DNA from: Candidatus Spechtbacteria bacterium
GTDB lineage: Bacteria > Patescibacteriota > Minisyncoccia > Spechtbacterales > JACPHP01
Direction of reading: 5' to 3'
Assembly (NCBI GenBank): GCA_016188605.1
Contig: JACPHP010000009.1
Location: forward strand, 24,786 to 88,785
DNA length: 64,000 bases
Shown here: in pieces, positions 17,161 to 27,531 of the stretch
Numbering within the stretch: the stretch's first letter is position 1
Layout of the letters: each line of letters opens with the position of its first letter
Program-made: the position numbers and the translations under genes
The notes under the pieces: generated by a model
The model's input: the letters and a program-made list of their open reading frames with translations, nothing else
Databases searched by the model: none
What the model was told of the DNA's origin: nothing

Positions 17161-19413
17161 TTAAGAGATGCTTTGCATCTCTCCCCAGGATTCTCCAACT
17201 TTAAGATCGACGGTCAACGGAACAGATAATTCAACAATACTTTCTAAAAGCAATCGTATCTCCTGCGCCCTTTTCTGTATTATATCATCATCAGCTTCCC
17301 ACAACAATTCGTCGTGCACCTGCAAGAGTAATGCTAGGCCCGGAAACTCTTTCTCCGCGCGCACCATTGCTAGTTTTACAATATCAGCGGAAGTCCCTTG
17401 CACTGGCATATTAATTGCCGCGCGCTCCGCGGATTTGCGTATGCGCGGATCGCGCGAGTCAATATCGGGGATAAATCTCTTGCGACCCCACAGTGTTTCC
17501 ACGTATCCGTGTTGGCGCACAAATCTCTTGGTATTCTCCATGTATGCGGTAACGCCTTTAAAAACAAGCATATATTTATCTACAAAATCGCTGGCATCCT
17601 TGTTAGAAATTTTTGCGCGGCGAGCAAATGCCCGAACACCCATACCATATATAAGGCCAAAGTTTAGGGATTTGGCGCGAAACCTCATCTCTTTTGTCAC
17701 GTCTTTTTCGTCAACTCCAAACACGCGGGCGGCCGTGTGCGTGTGGATATCCTCTCCCCTGCCAAACGCTGCGATCATTTCCTCGTCGTGCGCCAAATGC
17801 GCGATGACGCGCAATTCCATTTGCGAATAATCCGCGGATAAAAATTTCTTTCCCTGCGCGGGAATAAACGCGCTGCGTATCCCAGCACCTATATTCGTAT
17901 GAAGCGGAATATTCTGTAAATTCGGATTAGAAGAAGAGATTCTGCCGGTCGTGGTGCCAAGTTGATTAAAAGTTGTATGAATGCGCCCATCTTTTGCCAT
18001 TAGCGTTGGCAGTGGCAGTAGATATGTTGAAAGCAACTTTTGAAGCTCGCGATATTCTAGCACAAGCGCGATTATAGGATTCCCGTCGCTGATACGTTCA
18101 AGCTCCGGCGCGGATGTAGAGATTTCACCGCCGGGAGTTTTGCCCACGCCCTTGGAGGATATGCCTAGCTTTTCAAATAAGGTGTTTGATAATTGTTGAG
18201 GCGAATTGATATTGAACTCACCGCCTGCCATATCAAAAATCTTTTTTTCAAGCTGCCCAATATTTGCAGATATATCCTTCTCTATCTTCTGCAGGGCGCT
18301 GACATCAAGCCTTATTCCCCTTTTTTGCATCGCCTGTAGAACCGGCGTTATATTAATCTCCAAATCATAAATCTGTTTCGAGAAAACTCCCTGCTTAAAC
18401 TCTTCTTCTATTTTTTCTTGTATAGTCGGTTCTTTCTCTACGCCAAACAGACTGCCTTGTTTGGTCTTTTTTACTTGCGCCGACGCGAGTGTGATTGCTT
18501 GGCCATCAACCCCAAGCTCTGTGATTCTGCGAAATAATGTGGAAAAACCTAGCTGTTTAAATAAATCTTGAATCTGATTTGCGTCAAAATTCTTCCAGCG
18601 CGAAGCCGGAAGTGAAAATTTTACTGGCGCGTCTATGCGAATTGTCGCGAGCATCTTACTAAAAAACGCATCGTCCTTATGGGTTCGCAACAACTCTAAT
18701 ATGCGCGGCTTAATAGACGCGGGACTATCTTCTTTAATAGCCTCATATAAACCCTCTAGGGTTATAAATTCGTGCAACAACTTCATGGCTGTCTTCTCTC
18801 CGATACCGGGCACGCCAATAATATTGTCCGAAGGATCACCGCGCAGACCGCGATAATCTGCTAGTTGATCCGGCTTTAATCCATAGCGCTCAAATACTTC
18901 TTTCTCTCCATACAACACCGTGTCGTTTATTCCCTTCCGCATGGTAAACACACGAGTGTATTTATTCACCAACTGCAAGGCGTCCATATCGCCCGTAACA
19001 ATAATAATTTCTAGATCAGTAAACTGGTGTTTCTTTGGAGCTTGAGCTACTAATGTGCCAATAATATCATCTCCTTCAAAGCCCTCGTGCTCATATACGG
19101 GTATATGAAAAGCTGACAATACATCTTTTACTCGAGGTATTTGATTATAAAGCTCATCTGGAGCTTTAACGCGTTTTGCTTTGTATTCGCGGTATTCTTT
19201 GCTGCGGAACGTCGGAGCTGCCATGTCAAAAGCAGCCGCGACATAGTCTGGATTAAACTCCTTTAGTACTTTTAAGAGTATTGCAGTAAACCCATAGACT
19301 GCGTTGACCAGCTCCCCATCCGGCGCCGTTAGGGGTGGCAACGCGTGATAGGCGCGATGCACAAGCGCGTTTGAATCTAATATTACAAATTCTTTATGTT
19401 GATTTTTGTTCAT
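17161..19413 (-). CDS. polA: DNA polymerase I (5'-3' exonuclease + polymerase, reduced middle domain)
   Basis: HRAYHALP, GDPSDNI.GVPGIGEKTA, TGRISSSNPNLQNIP, ADYSQMELR, QVHDEL. Confidence 0.95.
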   Translation of the reverse strand: MNKNQHKEFVILDSNALVHRAYHALPPLTAPDGELVNAVYGFTAILLKVLKEFNPDYVAAAFDMAAPTFRSKEYREYKAKRVKAPDELYNQIPRVKDVLSAFHIPVYEHEGFEGDDIIGTLVAQAPKKHQFTDLEIIIVTGDMDALQLVNKYTRVFTMRKGINDTVLYGEKEVFERYGLKPDQLADYRGLRGDPSDNIIGVPGIGEKTAMKLLHEFITLEGLYEAIKEDSPASIKPRILELLRTHKDDAFFSKMLATIRIDAPVKFSLPASRWKNFDANQIQDLFKQLGFSTLFRRITELGVDGQAITLASAQVKKTKQGSLFGVEKEPTIQEKIEEEFKQGVFSKQIYDLEINITPVLQAMQKRGIRLDVSALQKIEKDISANIGQLEKKIFDMAGGEFNINSPQQLSNTLFEKLGISSKGVGKTPGGEISTSAPELERISDGNPIIALVLEYRELQKLLSTYLLPLPTLMAKDGRIHTTFNQLGTTTGRISSSNPNLQNIPLHTNIGAGIRSAFIPAQGKKFLSADYSQMELRVIAHLAHDEEMIAAFGRGEDIHTHTAARVFGVDEKDVTKEMRFRAKSLNFGLIYGMGVRAFARRAKISNKDASDFVDKYMLVFKGVTAYMENTKRFVRQHGYVETLWGRKRFIPDIDSRDPRIRKSAERAAINMPVQGTSADIVKLAMVRAEKEFPGLALLLQVHDELLWEADDDIIQKRAQEIRLLLESIVELSVPLTVDLKVGESWGEMQSIS

Positions 19414-19419
19414 TACTTA

Positions 19420-19860
19420 TTACAAAAATGATATTTTCCTAGCGCTATCCTTAATAGAAAAATAAATTTGTATCATTCCCTCGGGGTAAAGCGAAGGAAA
19501 TTTATCTGCCCACTCAACCAACACAAGATGTGAAGTATTACTAATAATTTCATCCCACTCAAGAATTTTGATATCTGATGGGCTAGAAAGTCTATACCAA
19601 TCAAAGTGATAAAACGTGGAAATACCGTGTAGTGTTTTTGGCAGTACAAGAGGCCTCATAATAATAAAAGTTGGGCTCTGGACGATCCTCGTAATACCGA
19701 GTCCTTTTGCTATGCCTTGCGTGAAGGTTGTTTTACCTGCTCCAAGCTCCCCCTCAAGTCCAACACAAAGAGCGCCTGACCTAGGACGCTTAATAGCATC
19801 TATAATAAACCTTGCGGCAATCTTCTGTGTTTCTAGCGGACTATTCGATATATATTCCAT
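19420..19860 (-). CDS. tsaE: tRNA threonylcarbamoyladenosine biosynthesis ATPase
   Basis: GELGAGKTTF, SPTF, HFDWYRL, VEWAD. Confidence 0.93.
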   Translation of the reverse strand: MEYISNSPLETQKIAARFIIDAIKRPRSGALCVGLEGELGAGKTTFTQGIAKGLGITRIVQSPTFIIMRPLVLPKTLHGISTFYHFDWYRLSSPSDIKILEWDEIISNTSHLVLVEWADKFPSLYPEGMIQIYFSIKDSARKISFL

Positions 19861-19866
19861 AGCGAA

Positions 19867-20046
19867 TATCTCAAAACGCAAATCTTAAATCGCAAAACTA
19901 CAACTCAAATCTAAAAACTACAAGAGGCTTATGGCGAAGATTTTAGATTTAAGATTTAGTAAAAGATTTTCCGCCCGAGGCGGATCAGCCTCTGGCTGAG
20001 AGTTTTACGATTTAGATTTAAGATTTGCCATTTGAGATTTGAGATA
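19867..20046. repeat. Heptamer inverted-repeat element family A (TATCTCAAA...TTTGAGATA) with nested 30-bp CCGCC..GGCGGATCAGCC..GGCTGA unit (19970-19999)
   Basis: 7-bp periodic arms in mirror orientation; same nested unit as at 9662-9691. Confidence 0.85.
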
Positions 20047-20092
20047 AATAATCGAATGTGAGACAATAATCTATTACACATCTAGCAACCCT

Positions 20093-20656
20093 ATGAACAC
20101 TGAGGCTGCAACCGACCTACTTACCGACATTATTGCACAGACAAACAAGTTTCAACACCCCAAAGTCAGCTCGCAATCACTAAAGATTGCATCGATTCTT
20201 GTTGAGAAGGGGGCCGATTATCAGAAAGCCTCACAAAAACAAAATAACCAAAGATCTCTATCTTCACTATATTTATGGGGTGAGGTACTTAGTAATCTAA
20301 CGTGTGATAATGAGGTTGGTACATGCTGGAGCGTGCTAGCAGAATCTTGCTTTATTAAGACCAAAACTACACCGATGCAAATCCCACGTCTTCTTTTGCA
20401 ACTTCGCAATTATATTTATCCCAAAGAAACAGTTATAATTCTCTGGAGCGATCCGCCGCAAACAAAATCCCGCTCCCTTTTTGGAAATCGCGCTCTTATT
20501 TTAAGTTCCCGTACCAATTTCAGTGCTTATCTACAACCTATTGAATTTGTACAGAAGAATATTTTTCTAGCTACATATCTTCAGGATAAAGAAATATTTG
20601 AAGCATCAAACGACCTGATAGAGCACTTGGGATTCGCTCTGTCAAAAAAAAGCTAA
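20093..20656 (+). CDS. C-terminal fragment-like DHH/NrnA phosphoesterase homolog
   Basis: AT.LLT.II..TNKFQ...A..L.EKGAD, LWG.VL resemble the distal half of NrnA; no DHH motifs. Confidence 0.5.
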   Translation: MNTEAATDLLTDIIAQTNKFQHPKVSSQSLKIASILVEKGADYQKASQKQNNQRSLSSLYLWGEVLSNLTCDNEVGTCWSVLAESCFIKTKTTPMQIPRLLLQLRNYIYPKETVIILWSDPPQTKSRSLFGNRALILSSRTNFSAYLQPIEFVQKNIFLATYLQDKEIFEASNDLIEHLGFALSKKS

Positions 20657-20702
20657 TTGCTTGCAATTGGCTAAAATGCATAATTTAGGTACGATACAAA
20701 AT

Positions 20703-22382
20703 ATGGAATCTCCGTTTGTAATACCAAAAGAACAACAACGCGAACAAGAGCATGAAATAACCTCTTTACGCGCCAAGGAAGAGGAAGAATTTGCAAAAAA
20801 ACTTGCGGAAGATTTGAATCTGCCTTATATCAATCTTTCTTTTGTCCCCATTCAGCAGGAAGCGGTACAAATTATTCCTAAAGACGAAGCGCGAGAAGCT
20901 GAAATTGCTATCATCCAAAAAACCGGACGTGTAATTCAGATAGTCGCTCGAGACCCGCGCAATAAAAACGCGAAAAATATTATTGACTCACTAAAAAACC
21001 AATATATTCGCGTTACTATATTTGTTGTCTCCGAAACAAGTCTTAAAAAGGCGTGGGGGCAATATCCAAAATCAACAGGGAAAACAAAGATTACCGGCGA
21101 AGTAAGCATCTCCCCCAATGCGGTCAAAAGCCTGCGAGAATCAATTCATTCCTGGGATGATTTGCGCCAAAACCTCTCAACGCTTTCCGAAGAGCGGGTA
21201 TCTAGTGTTCTTGAGATGATTCTTGCTGGGGCGCTTAACTTACGAGCGTCGGATGTGCATATTGAGACACAAGATAAAGATCGCTCCGTCCTACGCTTGC
21301 GCATCGATGGAATCCTTCACAATATCACGGAGATATCCCCTCACGCCCAACGACTATTGCTTTCTCGTGTTAAATTATTATCTGGCATGAAATTAAATAT
21401 CAAGAACACATCGCAGGATGGACGCTTTTCTCTAGCGTCTGGTGAGGATCAAATAGAAATTAGATCTTCCGCGCTTCCCGGAGAATATGGAGAAAATATA
21501 GTCTTGAGAGTACTAGATCCGGCTTCACTAAAATCTGTGGCTGATTTAGGCTTCCGCCAAAATTTATTTGAACTTATAGATTCTCAAATCCACCAGCCAA
21601 ACGGCATGATACTTGTAACAGGCCCGACGGGATCAGGAAAAACTACCACGCTATATGCTTTTTTAAAAACACTAGCTACTCCTGAGGTAAAAATCATTAC
21701 GCTTGAAGATCCCGTAGAATACCATTTGGAAGGAATTACTCAGACACAGGTTGACCCAAAACACAATTATACGTTTGCTAGCGGTCTGCGTTCCATACTG
21801 CGCCAAGATCCGGATATTATTCTTGTTGGAGAAATTCGTGACGACGAGACGGCCGATACTGCAATTCACGCCTCGCTTACAGGCCACCTTGTTTTTTCAA
21901 CACTGCACACAAACGATGCTGCTGGCGCTATTCCCCGCCTTATGTCGCTTGGCGGAGACCCCGCCGTTTTAGGATCTGCGCTTCATATGATTATCGCTCA
22001 ACGATTAGTACGCGTGCTTTGCGCGGCTTGCAAAAAATCATATACGCCGACTAAAGAGGAGATGGCATATATTCAAGACGTTATCAATTCGCTTCCTATA
22101 CAATTTCCCAAGCCGGTTTTCTCGGTAACAGATTCGCTGTATATACCGGTAGGTTGTGAGGAATGTACGGCAACTGGTTATCGCGGAAGAATTGGTGTTT
22201 TTGAAATTTTGCCGATGACACCAGAACTTGAACAACTAATTCAAAAACATCCTACAATCGCACAAATTAAAGATTTAGCTTATTCTATTGGCGTTACAAC
22301 TATGGAACAAGATGGAGTGCTTAATGTGATTGCCGGTAATACAACTATTGAAGAAGTTAAGAGAGTTATGGGAGAGGAATAG
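20703..22382 (+). CDS. pilB: Type IV pilus/T2SS assembly ATPase PilB/GspE
   Basis: ASDVHIE, QDGRF, GPTGSGKTTT, LRQDPDIILVGEIRD, CxxC pairs. Confidence 0.9.
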   Translation: MESPFVIPKEQQREQEHEITSLRAKEEEEFAKKLAEDLNLPYINLSFVPIQQEAVQIIPKDEAREAEIAIIQKTGRVIQIVARDPRNKNAKNIIDSLKNQYIRVTIFVVSETSLKKAWGQYPKSTGKTKITGEVSISPNAVKSLRESIHSWDDLRQNLSTLSEERVSSVLEMILAGALNLRASDVHIETQDKDRSVLRLRIDGILHNITEISPHAQRLLLSRVKLLSGMKLNIKNTSQDGRFSLASGEDQIEIRSSALPGEYGENIVLRVLDPASLKSVADLGFRQNLFELIDSQIHQPNGMILVTGPTGSGKTTTLYAFLKTLATPEVKIITLEDPVEYHLEGITQTQVDPKHNYTFASGLRSILRQDPDIILVGEIRDDETADTAIHASLTGHLVFSTLHTNDAAGAIPRLMSLGGDPAVLGSALHMIIAQRLVRVLCAACKKSYTPTKEEMAYIQDVINSLPIQFPKPVFSVTDSLYIPVGCEECTATGYRGRIGVFEILPMTPELEQLIQKHPTIAQIKDLAYSIGVTTMEQDGVLNVIAGNTTIEEVKRVMGEE

Positions 22383-22500
22383 ATATATAGAGAGCACCCT
22401 CCTTCGCTCTGATAAGATCAGGGCTTCGAAAGGGTTGTTTTAATAAGTCCACAACCATGGACTTATTAAAACAAAAACCCCTCGACAAGCTCGGGGCAAG

Positions 22501-22653
22501 ACATCCACAAAGATGTAGGCAACTCCTGGCATGGGAACCGAGGATTTAGGATTTTTCCGAGGAACGCCTCAGTCGGAACCAAAACGCCCGGTGTCTAAGA
22601 AAAATCCCGTGTCTATCATAGGACAGACGTGTTGCCCACATCCTTATGGATGT
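22501..22653 (-). ncRNA. Probable 6S RNA-like structured RNA (about 153 nt)
   Basis: 23-bp closing stem, central region with two small hairpins, long apical stem; TTGACA-17-TAACAT promoter at 22690-22662 on minus strand. Confidence 0.55.
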
Positions 22654-22661
22654 ATCGATAC

Positions 22662-22690
22662 ATGTTAGCAAATTAAGAACTATTTGTCAA
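22662..22690 (-). promoter_or_regulatory. Sigma70-type promoter for the 6S-like RNA
   Basis: TTGACA (22690-22685), 17 nt, TAACAT (22667-22662). Confidence 0.65.
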
Positions 22691-22712
22691 GGAAGACGGA
22701 ATAACATATCAT

Positions 22713-22878
22713 TATCTCAAAAATCAAATCGCAAATTGCAAATCTAAATCTCAAATCTTCAGCCCGAGGCTGATCCCCGCCAAAGGCGGGCAGGCGTCTC
22801 TGGCGGAAAAATACCGTAGTTTGTAGTTTCAAGATTTGAGTTGTAATTTTGAGTTTTGCGATTTCAGATTTGAGATTT
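22713..22878. repeat. Heptamer element family A with nested GC-rich palindrome (22759-22807)
   Basis: TCTCAAA-type arms; nested TCAGCC..GGCTGATCCCCGCC..GGCGGGCAGGCG..GGCGGA. Confidence 0.85.
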
Positions 22879-22888
22879 AAATTTTACT

Positions 22889-23986
22889 ATGTCCGACGAT
22901 CCATTATTATCAAAAAATCACCTATCTGAAGACGTGACCCTCGATCTGGCTCTCCGCCCTCACTCTTGGGACGACTATATCGGCCAAACAAACACTAAAA
23001 ACAATTTGCGCGTGTTTATTGAGGCCGCCAAAAAAAGAAGCGATCCTCTTGATCATGTGCTTATTTACGGGCCCCCGGGTCTTGGCAAAACGACCCTGGC
23101 CCATCTTATCGCTAGAGAATTAGGTACATCGATTAAACTAACCTCTGGCCCGGCAATTGAGCGTGTTGGCGACCTTGCTTCAATCCTCACCAATCTTACG
23201 CCCGGCGAAGTTCTTTTTATTGATGAAGCGCACCGTCTAAATAAAACAATTGAAGAGGTGTTGTACCCCGCGATGGAAAATCGCACGCTTGATATTATTC
23301 TCGGAAAGGGTCCCTCTGCGCGAACAATTCAACTTGAGCTCCCCCCGTTTACGCTCATTGCGGCAACAACACGCATCGGCCTGCTCTCATCTCCCTTACG
23401 ATCTCGCTTTGGCATAACGCTGCATGTAGAATACTACAGCCATGAGGATATTGGCCAGATACTTACTAGGTCAGCGCGAATGCTGGGCATACAGAGCAGG
23501 GGCAATGCACTGCCTTTAATTGCTAGATCTAGCAGATCCACTCCTCGCGTAGCAAATAGACTTATTAAAAGAGTGCGTGATTATGCTGATGTGCGCGGCG
23601 AAGGTATTATTACACCAGAAATTGTAAAGCACTCGCTTAATATGCTTGAAGTAGACGAGCTGGGGCTTGAAACAACAGATAGACGAATTTTGGAAATTAT
23701 TATAAACAAATTTCGCGGCGGGCCTGTTGGCATCTCTACTCTTGCCGCAGGCACCTCGGAAGAAGAGGATACAATTGAAGAAGTATACGAGCCATACCTT
23801 CTCCAACTCGGATTTATCGAACGCACGCCGCGCGGACGCATCGCCACCCCCCTCGCCTATCAACACCTCGGTATTGACCCAGTTAGAAACAACTCCGCGG
23901 AAACCTTGCAGACTCGTGTTAGTAATGCTAATGAAACTTCTAATGAGGTTGACATTACAAACCAAAACCAACAAAATCTGTTCTAG
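22889..23986 (+). CDS. ruvB: Holliday junction branch migration helicase RuvB
   Basis: [39 protein letters not shown]. Confidence 0.97.
   Translation: MSDDPLLSKNHLSEDVTLDLALRPHSWDDYIGQTNTKNNLRVFIEAAKKRSDPLDHVLIYGPPGLGKTTLAHLIARELGTSIKLTSGPAIERVGDLASILTNLTPGEVLFIDEAHRLNKTIEEVLYPAMENRTLDIILGKGPSARTIQLELPPFTLIAATTRIGLLSSPLRSRFGITLHVEYYSHEDIGQILTRSARMLGIQSRGNALPLIARSSRSTPRVANRLIKRVRDYADVRGEGIITPEIVKHSLNMLEVDELGLETTDRRILEIIINKFRGGPVGISTLAAGTSEEEDTIEEVYEPYLLQLGFIERTPRGRIATPLAYQHLGIDPVRNNSAETLQTRVSNANETSNEVDITNQNQQNLF
23879..23948. mobile_element. MITE-like insertion in ruvB 3' end (CCAGTTAGAA...TTCTAATGAGG) flanked by TTGAC duplication
   Basis: TTGAC at 23874-23878 and 23949-23953; 75 nt total keeps frame; termini resemble the rsmA element. 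Confidence 0.65.
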
Positions 23987-24057
23987 ATAGAGATATACAC
24001 ATCCCGCTTGCGGGATTCCGTAATTTTTCAATTTTCGCTTTTAATTTTTAATTAGGT

Positions 24058-24786
24058 ATGTCTGGACACTCCCATTGGGCAGGTATTAAACACAAAAAAG
24101 AAGCTAACGACAAAAAACGAGCTCAGGTCTTTGCTAAAGCCGCTCGCTTAATTACTGTCGCCGCGCGTGTTGGCGGGGGTGATGTTAATATGAACGCCAC
24201 ACTTCGTACTGCGATTGAAAAAGCGCGAAGTCTTAACATGCCTAAAGACAACATTGATCGCGCTATTAAAAAAGGCGTTGGAGGTATTGATGGTGAGCAA
24301 TTCGAAGAAACAACTATGGAGGCATACGGACCTGCTGGAACCGCCCTTCTTATTAAGGTTATTACCGACAACAAGAACAGAACCCTTGCCGACGTAAGAC
24401 ACGTGCTTAATCAGCACCAAGGCAAAATAGCAGAGGGGGGAAGCGTGCAGTGGTTGTTTGATAGAACGATTGTATTTTCACTTCAATTGCCAGCCGGTCA
24501 ATCTAAAGATGATTTTGAATTGTCGGTTATAGATGCCGGAGCAACAGACACGGAGTGGGACGAGGATACGCTTTTTGCATACTGCGCTCCAGATCATGCG
24601 GAAACCTTGCGAGTTAATCTTGAAAAACAGGGTGTAATAATTCAATCTTCAGAGCTTGAGATGCGCGCTAAAACAGAGACTGCCGTAGACACCCCTACTG
24701 AAGAACAGTTGCGCAAACTTTTGGAAGCGCTTGATGATTTGGATGATGTACAGAGCGTTTACAGTAATGTAGCTTTTACTGAATAA
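24058..24786 (+). CDS. yebC: YebC/PmpR family protein
   Basis: MSGHSHWAGIKHKK, MPKDNIDRAIKK, TDNKNRT, LDDVQSVYSN. Confidence 0.95.
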   Translation: MSGHSHWAGIKHKKEANDKKRAQVFAKAARLITVAARVGGGDVNMNATLRTAIEKARSLNMPKDNIDRAIKKGVGGIDGEQFEETTMEAYGPAGTALLIKVITDNKNRTLADVRHVLNQHQGKIAEGGSVQWLFDRTIVFSLQLPAGQSKDDFELSVIDAGATDTEWDEDTLFAYCAPDHAETLRVNLEKQGVIIQSSELEMRAKTETAVDTPTEEQLRKLLEALDDLDDVQSVYSNVAFTE

Positions 24787-24787
24787 C

Positions 24788-25007
24788 CTCAAAACTTAAA
24801 TAGTAAATCTAATCCTTAAATCTTCGCTGTAGTTTTCAGATTTGAGTTTTAGTAAAAGATTTTCCGCCCGAGGCGCCTGCCCGCCTCTGGCGGGGATCAG
24901 CCTTAGCGTAAAATTACATTTTGTTGTAATTTTTGTTAAACGTAGAAATACATTCTGTTGTATTTCTTGCTCTGGCTGAGAGTTTTGCGATTTGAAATTT
25001 GAGATTT
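24788..25007. repeat. Heptamer element family A with triply nested insert; 24851-24982 identical (inverted) to 28881-29012
   Basis: Direct base comparison of the two 132-bp segments. Confidence 0.88.
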
Positions 25008-25013
25008 ATTTCT

Positions 25014-25490
25014 ATGAACATTAGAGTACTCGGAATTGATCCTGGCACCGCGCGCGTAGGTTTTGGTGTTGTAGAAAAAAGCACTAGAGGCGCTGTTCAT
25101 ATTGCGTCTGGATGCATTACCACATCCGCCAAAACAGATCCGACTGAACGCCTGGCAACGATATTTACCCAAACTCAACAACTTATTGAAACTTACAAAC
25201 CTCAATTATTCGGAATTGAAGATTTATTTTACTTTAAAAATCAAAAAACTATCATTCAGGTAGGACAAGCGCGCGGCGTTCTGCTCCTTGCCGCCACTCT
25301 TGCAAAAATCCCTGTTTGTTCGTATACTCCCCTGCAGATTAAACAGGCTGTCACCGGCTATGGCCAGGCTGATAAGAACCAGGTCCAAAAGATGGTTCAA
25401 AAACTCCTGGGGCTTGAAAGCATACCTCGTCCCGATGATGCGGCCGATGGTCTTGCGATTGCAATATGCTGTCTCCATTCTTGTTTATAG
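25014..25490 (+). CDS. ruvC: Crossover junction endodeoxyribonuclease RuvC
   Basis: VLGIDPG, QARGV, GYG.ADK.QV, PDDAADGLAIA. Confidence 0.96.
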   Translation: MNIRVLGIDPGTARVGFGVVEKSTRGAVHIASGCITTSAKTDPTERLATIFTQTQQLIETYKPQLFGIEDLFYFKNQKTIIQVGQARGVLLLAATLAKIPVCSYTPLQIKQAVTGYGQADKNQVQKMVQKLLGLESIPRPDDAADGLAIAICCLHSCL

Positions 25491-26119
25491 AAAATCTAAT
25501 TTCATACGCACCAGGCGCAACAGCCGCGGGATTTACAAACGCAACACTGCATTTTGTTTTATTTGCGCCAATTTTAATTGTTTTTGTTGTTGCCGCAAGA
25601 CAAATCATCGGACTGCGTGGTGTCGGAATCGCGGCGCCTCTTGTTTCAATATATCTGGTTGCCCAAACGGGTGTTGCTCTTGGATTTATTGTTGTCTCGT
25701 CTGTGATTGCGGCTGGTTTTATAACGCGCCTTTTTCTAAAATATACCCATCTTCTGTTTCTTCCTCGTATCGGACTATTTATACTCGTTGCCATAGGCTC
25801 TACGCTGCCTTTCGTATTTATTGATATAAACAACCGATCAACAATTCCTTTTATAACGCCGCTTATAGTTATCACCGCCCTTGTGCTCACAGAAAGGCTA
25901 TTTGAGGGCAATAGACCGCCAGTTTTTGCCGCGGCAGAATTTTTATCTATTCTTCTGGCTGGTGTAATTATTATACGCATAGAAATTCTTGATTATATAT
26001 TCTTGGTTTATCCTTGGCTATCATTTGCACTCGGGGTTATTTTATTGGTATTTTTAGGACGTTGGACCGGACTGCGCCTGACCGAATATTTTCGTTTCAG
26101 GTCGTCTCTTGACCAATAA
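25466..26119 (+). CDS. 7TM membrane protein (7TM part of inactive-transglutaminase family)
   Basis: RQIIGLRG.G...P, GRWTGLRLTEYFRF C-terminus. Confidence 0.75.
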   Translation: MLSPFLFIENLISYAPGATAAGFTNATLHFVLFAPILIVFVVAARQIIGLRGVGIAAPLVSIYLVAQTGVALGFIVVSSVIAAGFITRLFLKYTHLLFLPRIGLFILVAIGSTLPFVFIDINNRSTIPFITPLIVITALVLTERLFEGNRPPVFAAAEFLSILLAGVIIIRIEILDYIFLVYPWLSFALGVILLVFLGRWTGLRLTEYFRFRSSLDQ

Positions 26120-26184
26120 TGTGGGGTATCGGATACCCCGCATAAGATGTCTCACATAAACACTCTGCTATTCTCTTCTTAATT

Positions 26185-27531
26185 ATGAATCCTTTTTTTA
26201 ATGGCCTGCTTGGCATTAACGCGCGCAATTTGCTGTTTATACAGCGGTCAACTTCGCCGTACACGCGCGTATTAATAGACAATAAACTTAAAACAAAAGA
26301 GATTTTAGAAAAAAACAATATTCCCACGCCAAAAACATTCGCTGTTATTCGATCGGCTGACGAAGCTCTTAATTTTAACTGGTCGTCGCTTCCTTTGAGT
26401 TTTGCTCTTAAACCAAATAAAGGATTTGGTGGCGCGGGTATTGTGGTGGCATATGGAGAGTGTAAAAAAAATCACTCGCGAGCTGTAGGCTCGCCCCACA
26501 TACCCACTCGCACATGGATCGGTTTACGCCGTACTCATCTGGACACCAATTTTCTCTCAAAACATATTATAGACATCCTTGATGGAAAATATTCCATAAA
26601 TGGAACGCAAGACACCGCGTATTTTGAGGAAAGGATTAAACTACTCAAAGAATTTCGCATATTTACATCCAAAGGAATGCCTGATATTAGGGTTGTGGTT
26701 TACAACAGCATTCCTGTTATGGCGGAGTTGCGCTTGCCGACAACAGAATCTGACGGAAGGGCAAACCTGCACTTGGGCGGAGTTGGCGTGGGCATAGATA
26801 TCTCTACTGGTAAAACTACTTTTGCAATTCACCACGACAAACCAATAACATTTCATCCCGACAACTTAAGGATTCCATTGGCAGGCCTCGCCATCCCTTA
26901 TTGGGAAGAAATACTTGAGCTTGCGATTGCTTCTCAACAAGCTATTGGATCAAATTTCCTGGGGGTTGATATAAGCATTGATAAGTATAGAGGGCCTATG
27001 ATCTTGGAGTGCAACGCGCGCCCTGGACTCGCTATTCAGCTTGCCAATAGGGCACCACTTTATTCACGCCTTCAGCGCGTAGAGGGGTTAAAAATACATT
27101 CTATAAAACAAGGGGTACAAATTGCAAAAAATATATTTTGTGACGACAATTCGCATGAACAGGAGGGGTTACAGCGCACTGATATTATTGGTATAAGAGA
27201 AAATATTTCTATAATCACGCCTAATGGTATCACACACCCTACCGTGGCCAAGATAGACACCGGCGCCTATCGCACAACGCTTGATGTAAAAATAGCGGAA
27301 CAATTAAATCTAACTGGGATAAAAAAGTACAAACATGTTCGCGGTGTGCTAGGAAAAGAAAATAGACCAATTATTGATCTTGTTTTTGAATTACGAAATA
27401 AAAAAATAAGCACAGAAGCATTTGTGGCTGATCGAGAGGAAATGAAACACGATATTATTATAGGCAGAAGAGATCTTAAACGATTTTTAGTCGATCCCGC
27501 AAAAAATGTTAGAATTCCTTACAGTGAATAG
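26185..27531 (+). CDS. Alpha-L-glutamate ligase-like ATP-grasp protein fused to retropepsin-like (RimK-associated) protease domain
   Basis: LGINARN, DNKL.TK, DIRV, ANLH.GG.GVGID, E.NARPGLAIQLAN; C-terminal AKIDTGA...IIGRRDL. Confidence 0.85.
   Translation: MNPFFNGLLGINARNLLFIQRSTSPYTRVLIDNKLKTKEILEKNNIPTPKTFAVIRSADEALNFNWSSLPLSFALKPNKGFGGAGIVVAYGECKKNHSRAVGSPHIPTRTWIGLRRTHLDTNFLSKHIIDILDGKYSINGTQDTAYFEERIKLLKEFRIFTSKGMPDIRVVVYNSIPVMAELRLPTTESDGRANLHLGGVGVGIDISTGKTTFAIHHDKPITFHPDNLRIPLAGLAIPYWEEILELAIASQQAIGSNFLGVDISIDKYRGPMILECNARPGLAIQLANRAPLYSRLQRVEGLKIHSIKQGVQIAKNIFCDDNSHEQEGLQRTDIIGIRENISIITPNGITHPTVAKIDTGAYRTTLDVKIAEQLNLTGIKKYKHVRGVLGKENRPIIDLVFELRNKKISTEAFVADREEMKHDIIIGRRDLKRFLVDPAKNVRIPYSE

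Noticed and set aside
17161-19413. Short PolA lacking a clear 3'-5' exonuclease domain
   Set aside because: Reduced PolA is common in small-genome bacteria; not novel
22501-22653. SRP RNA or tRNA identity for the structured RNA
   Set aside because: No SRP helix-8 motif and no TTCGA T-loop or CCA end
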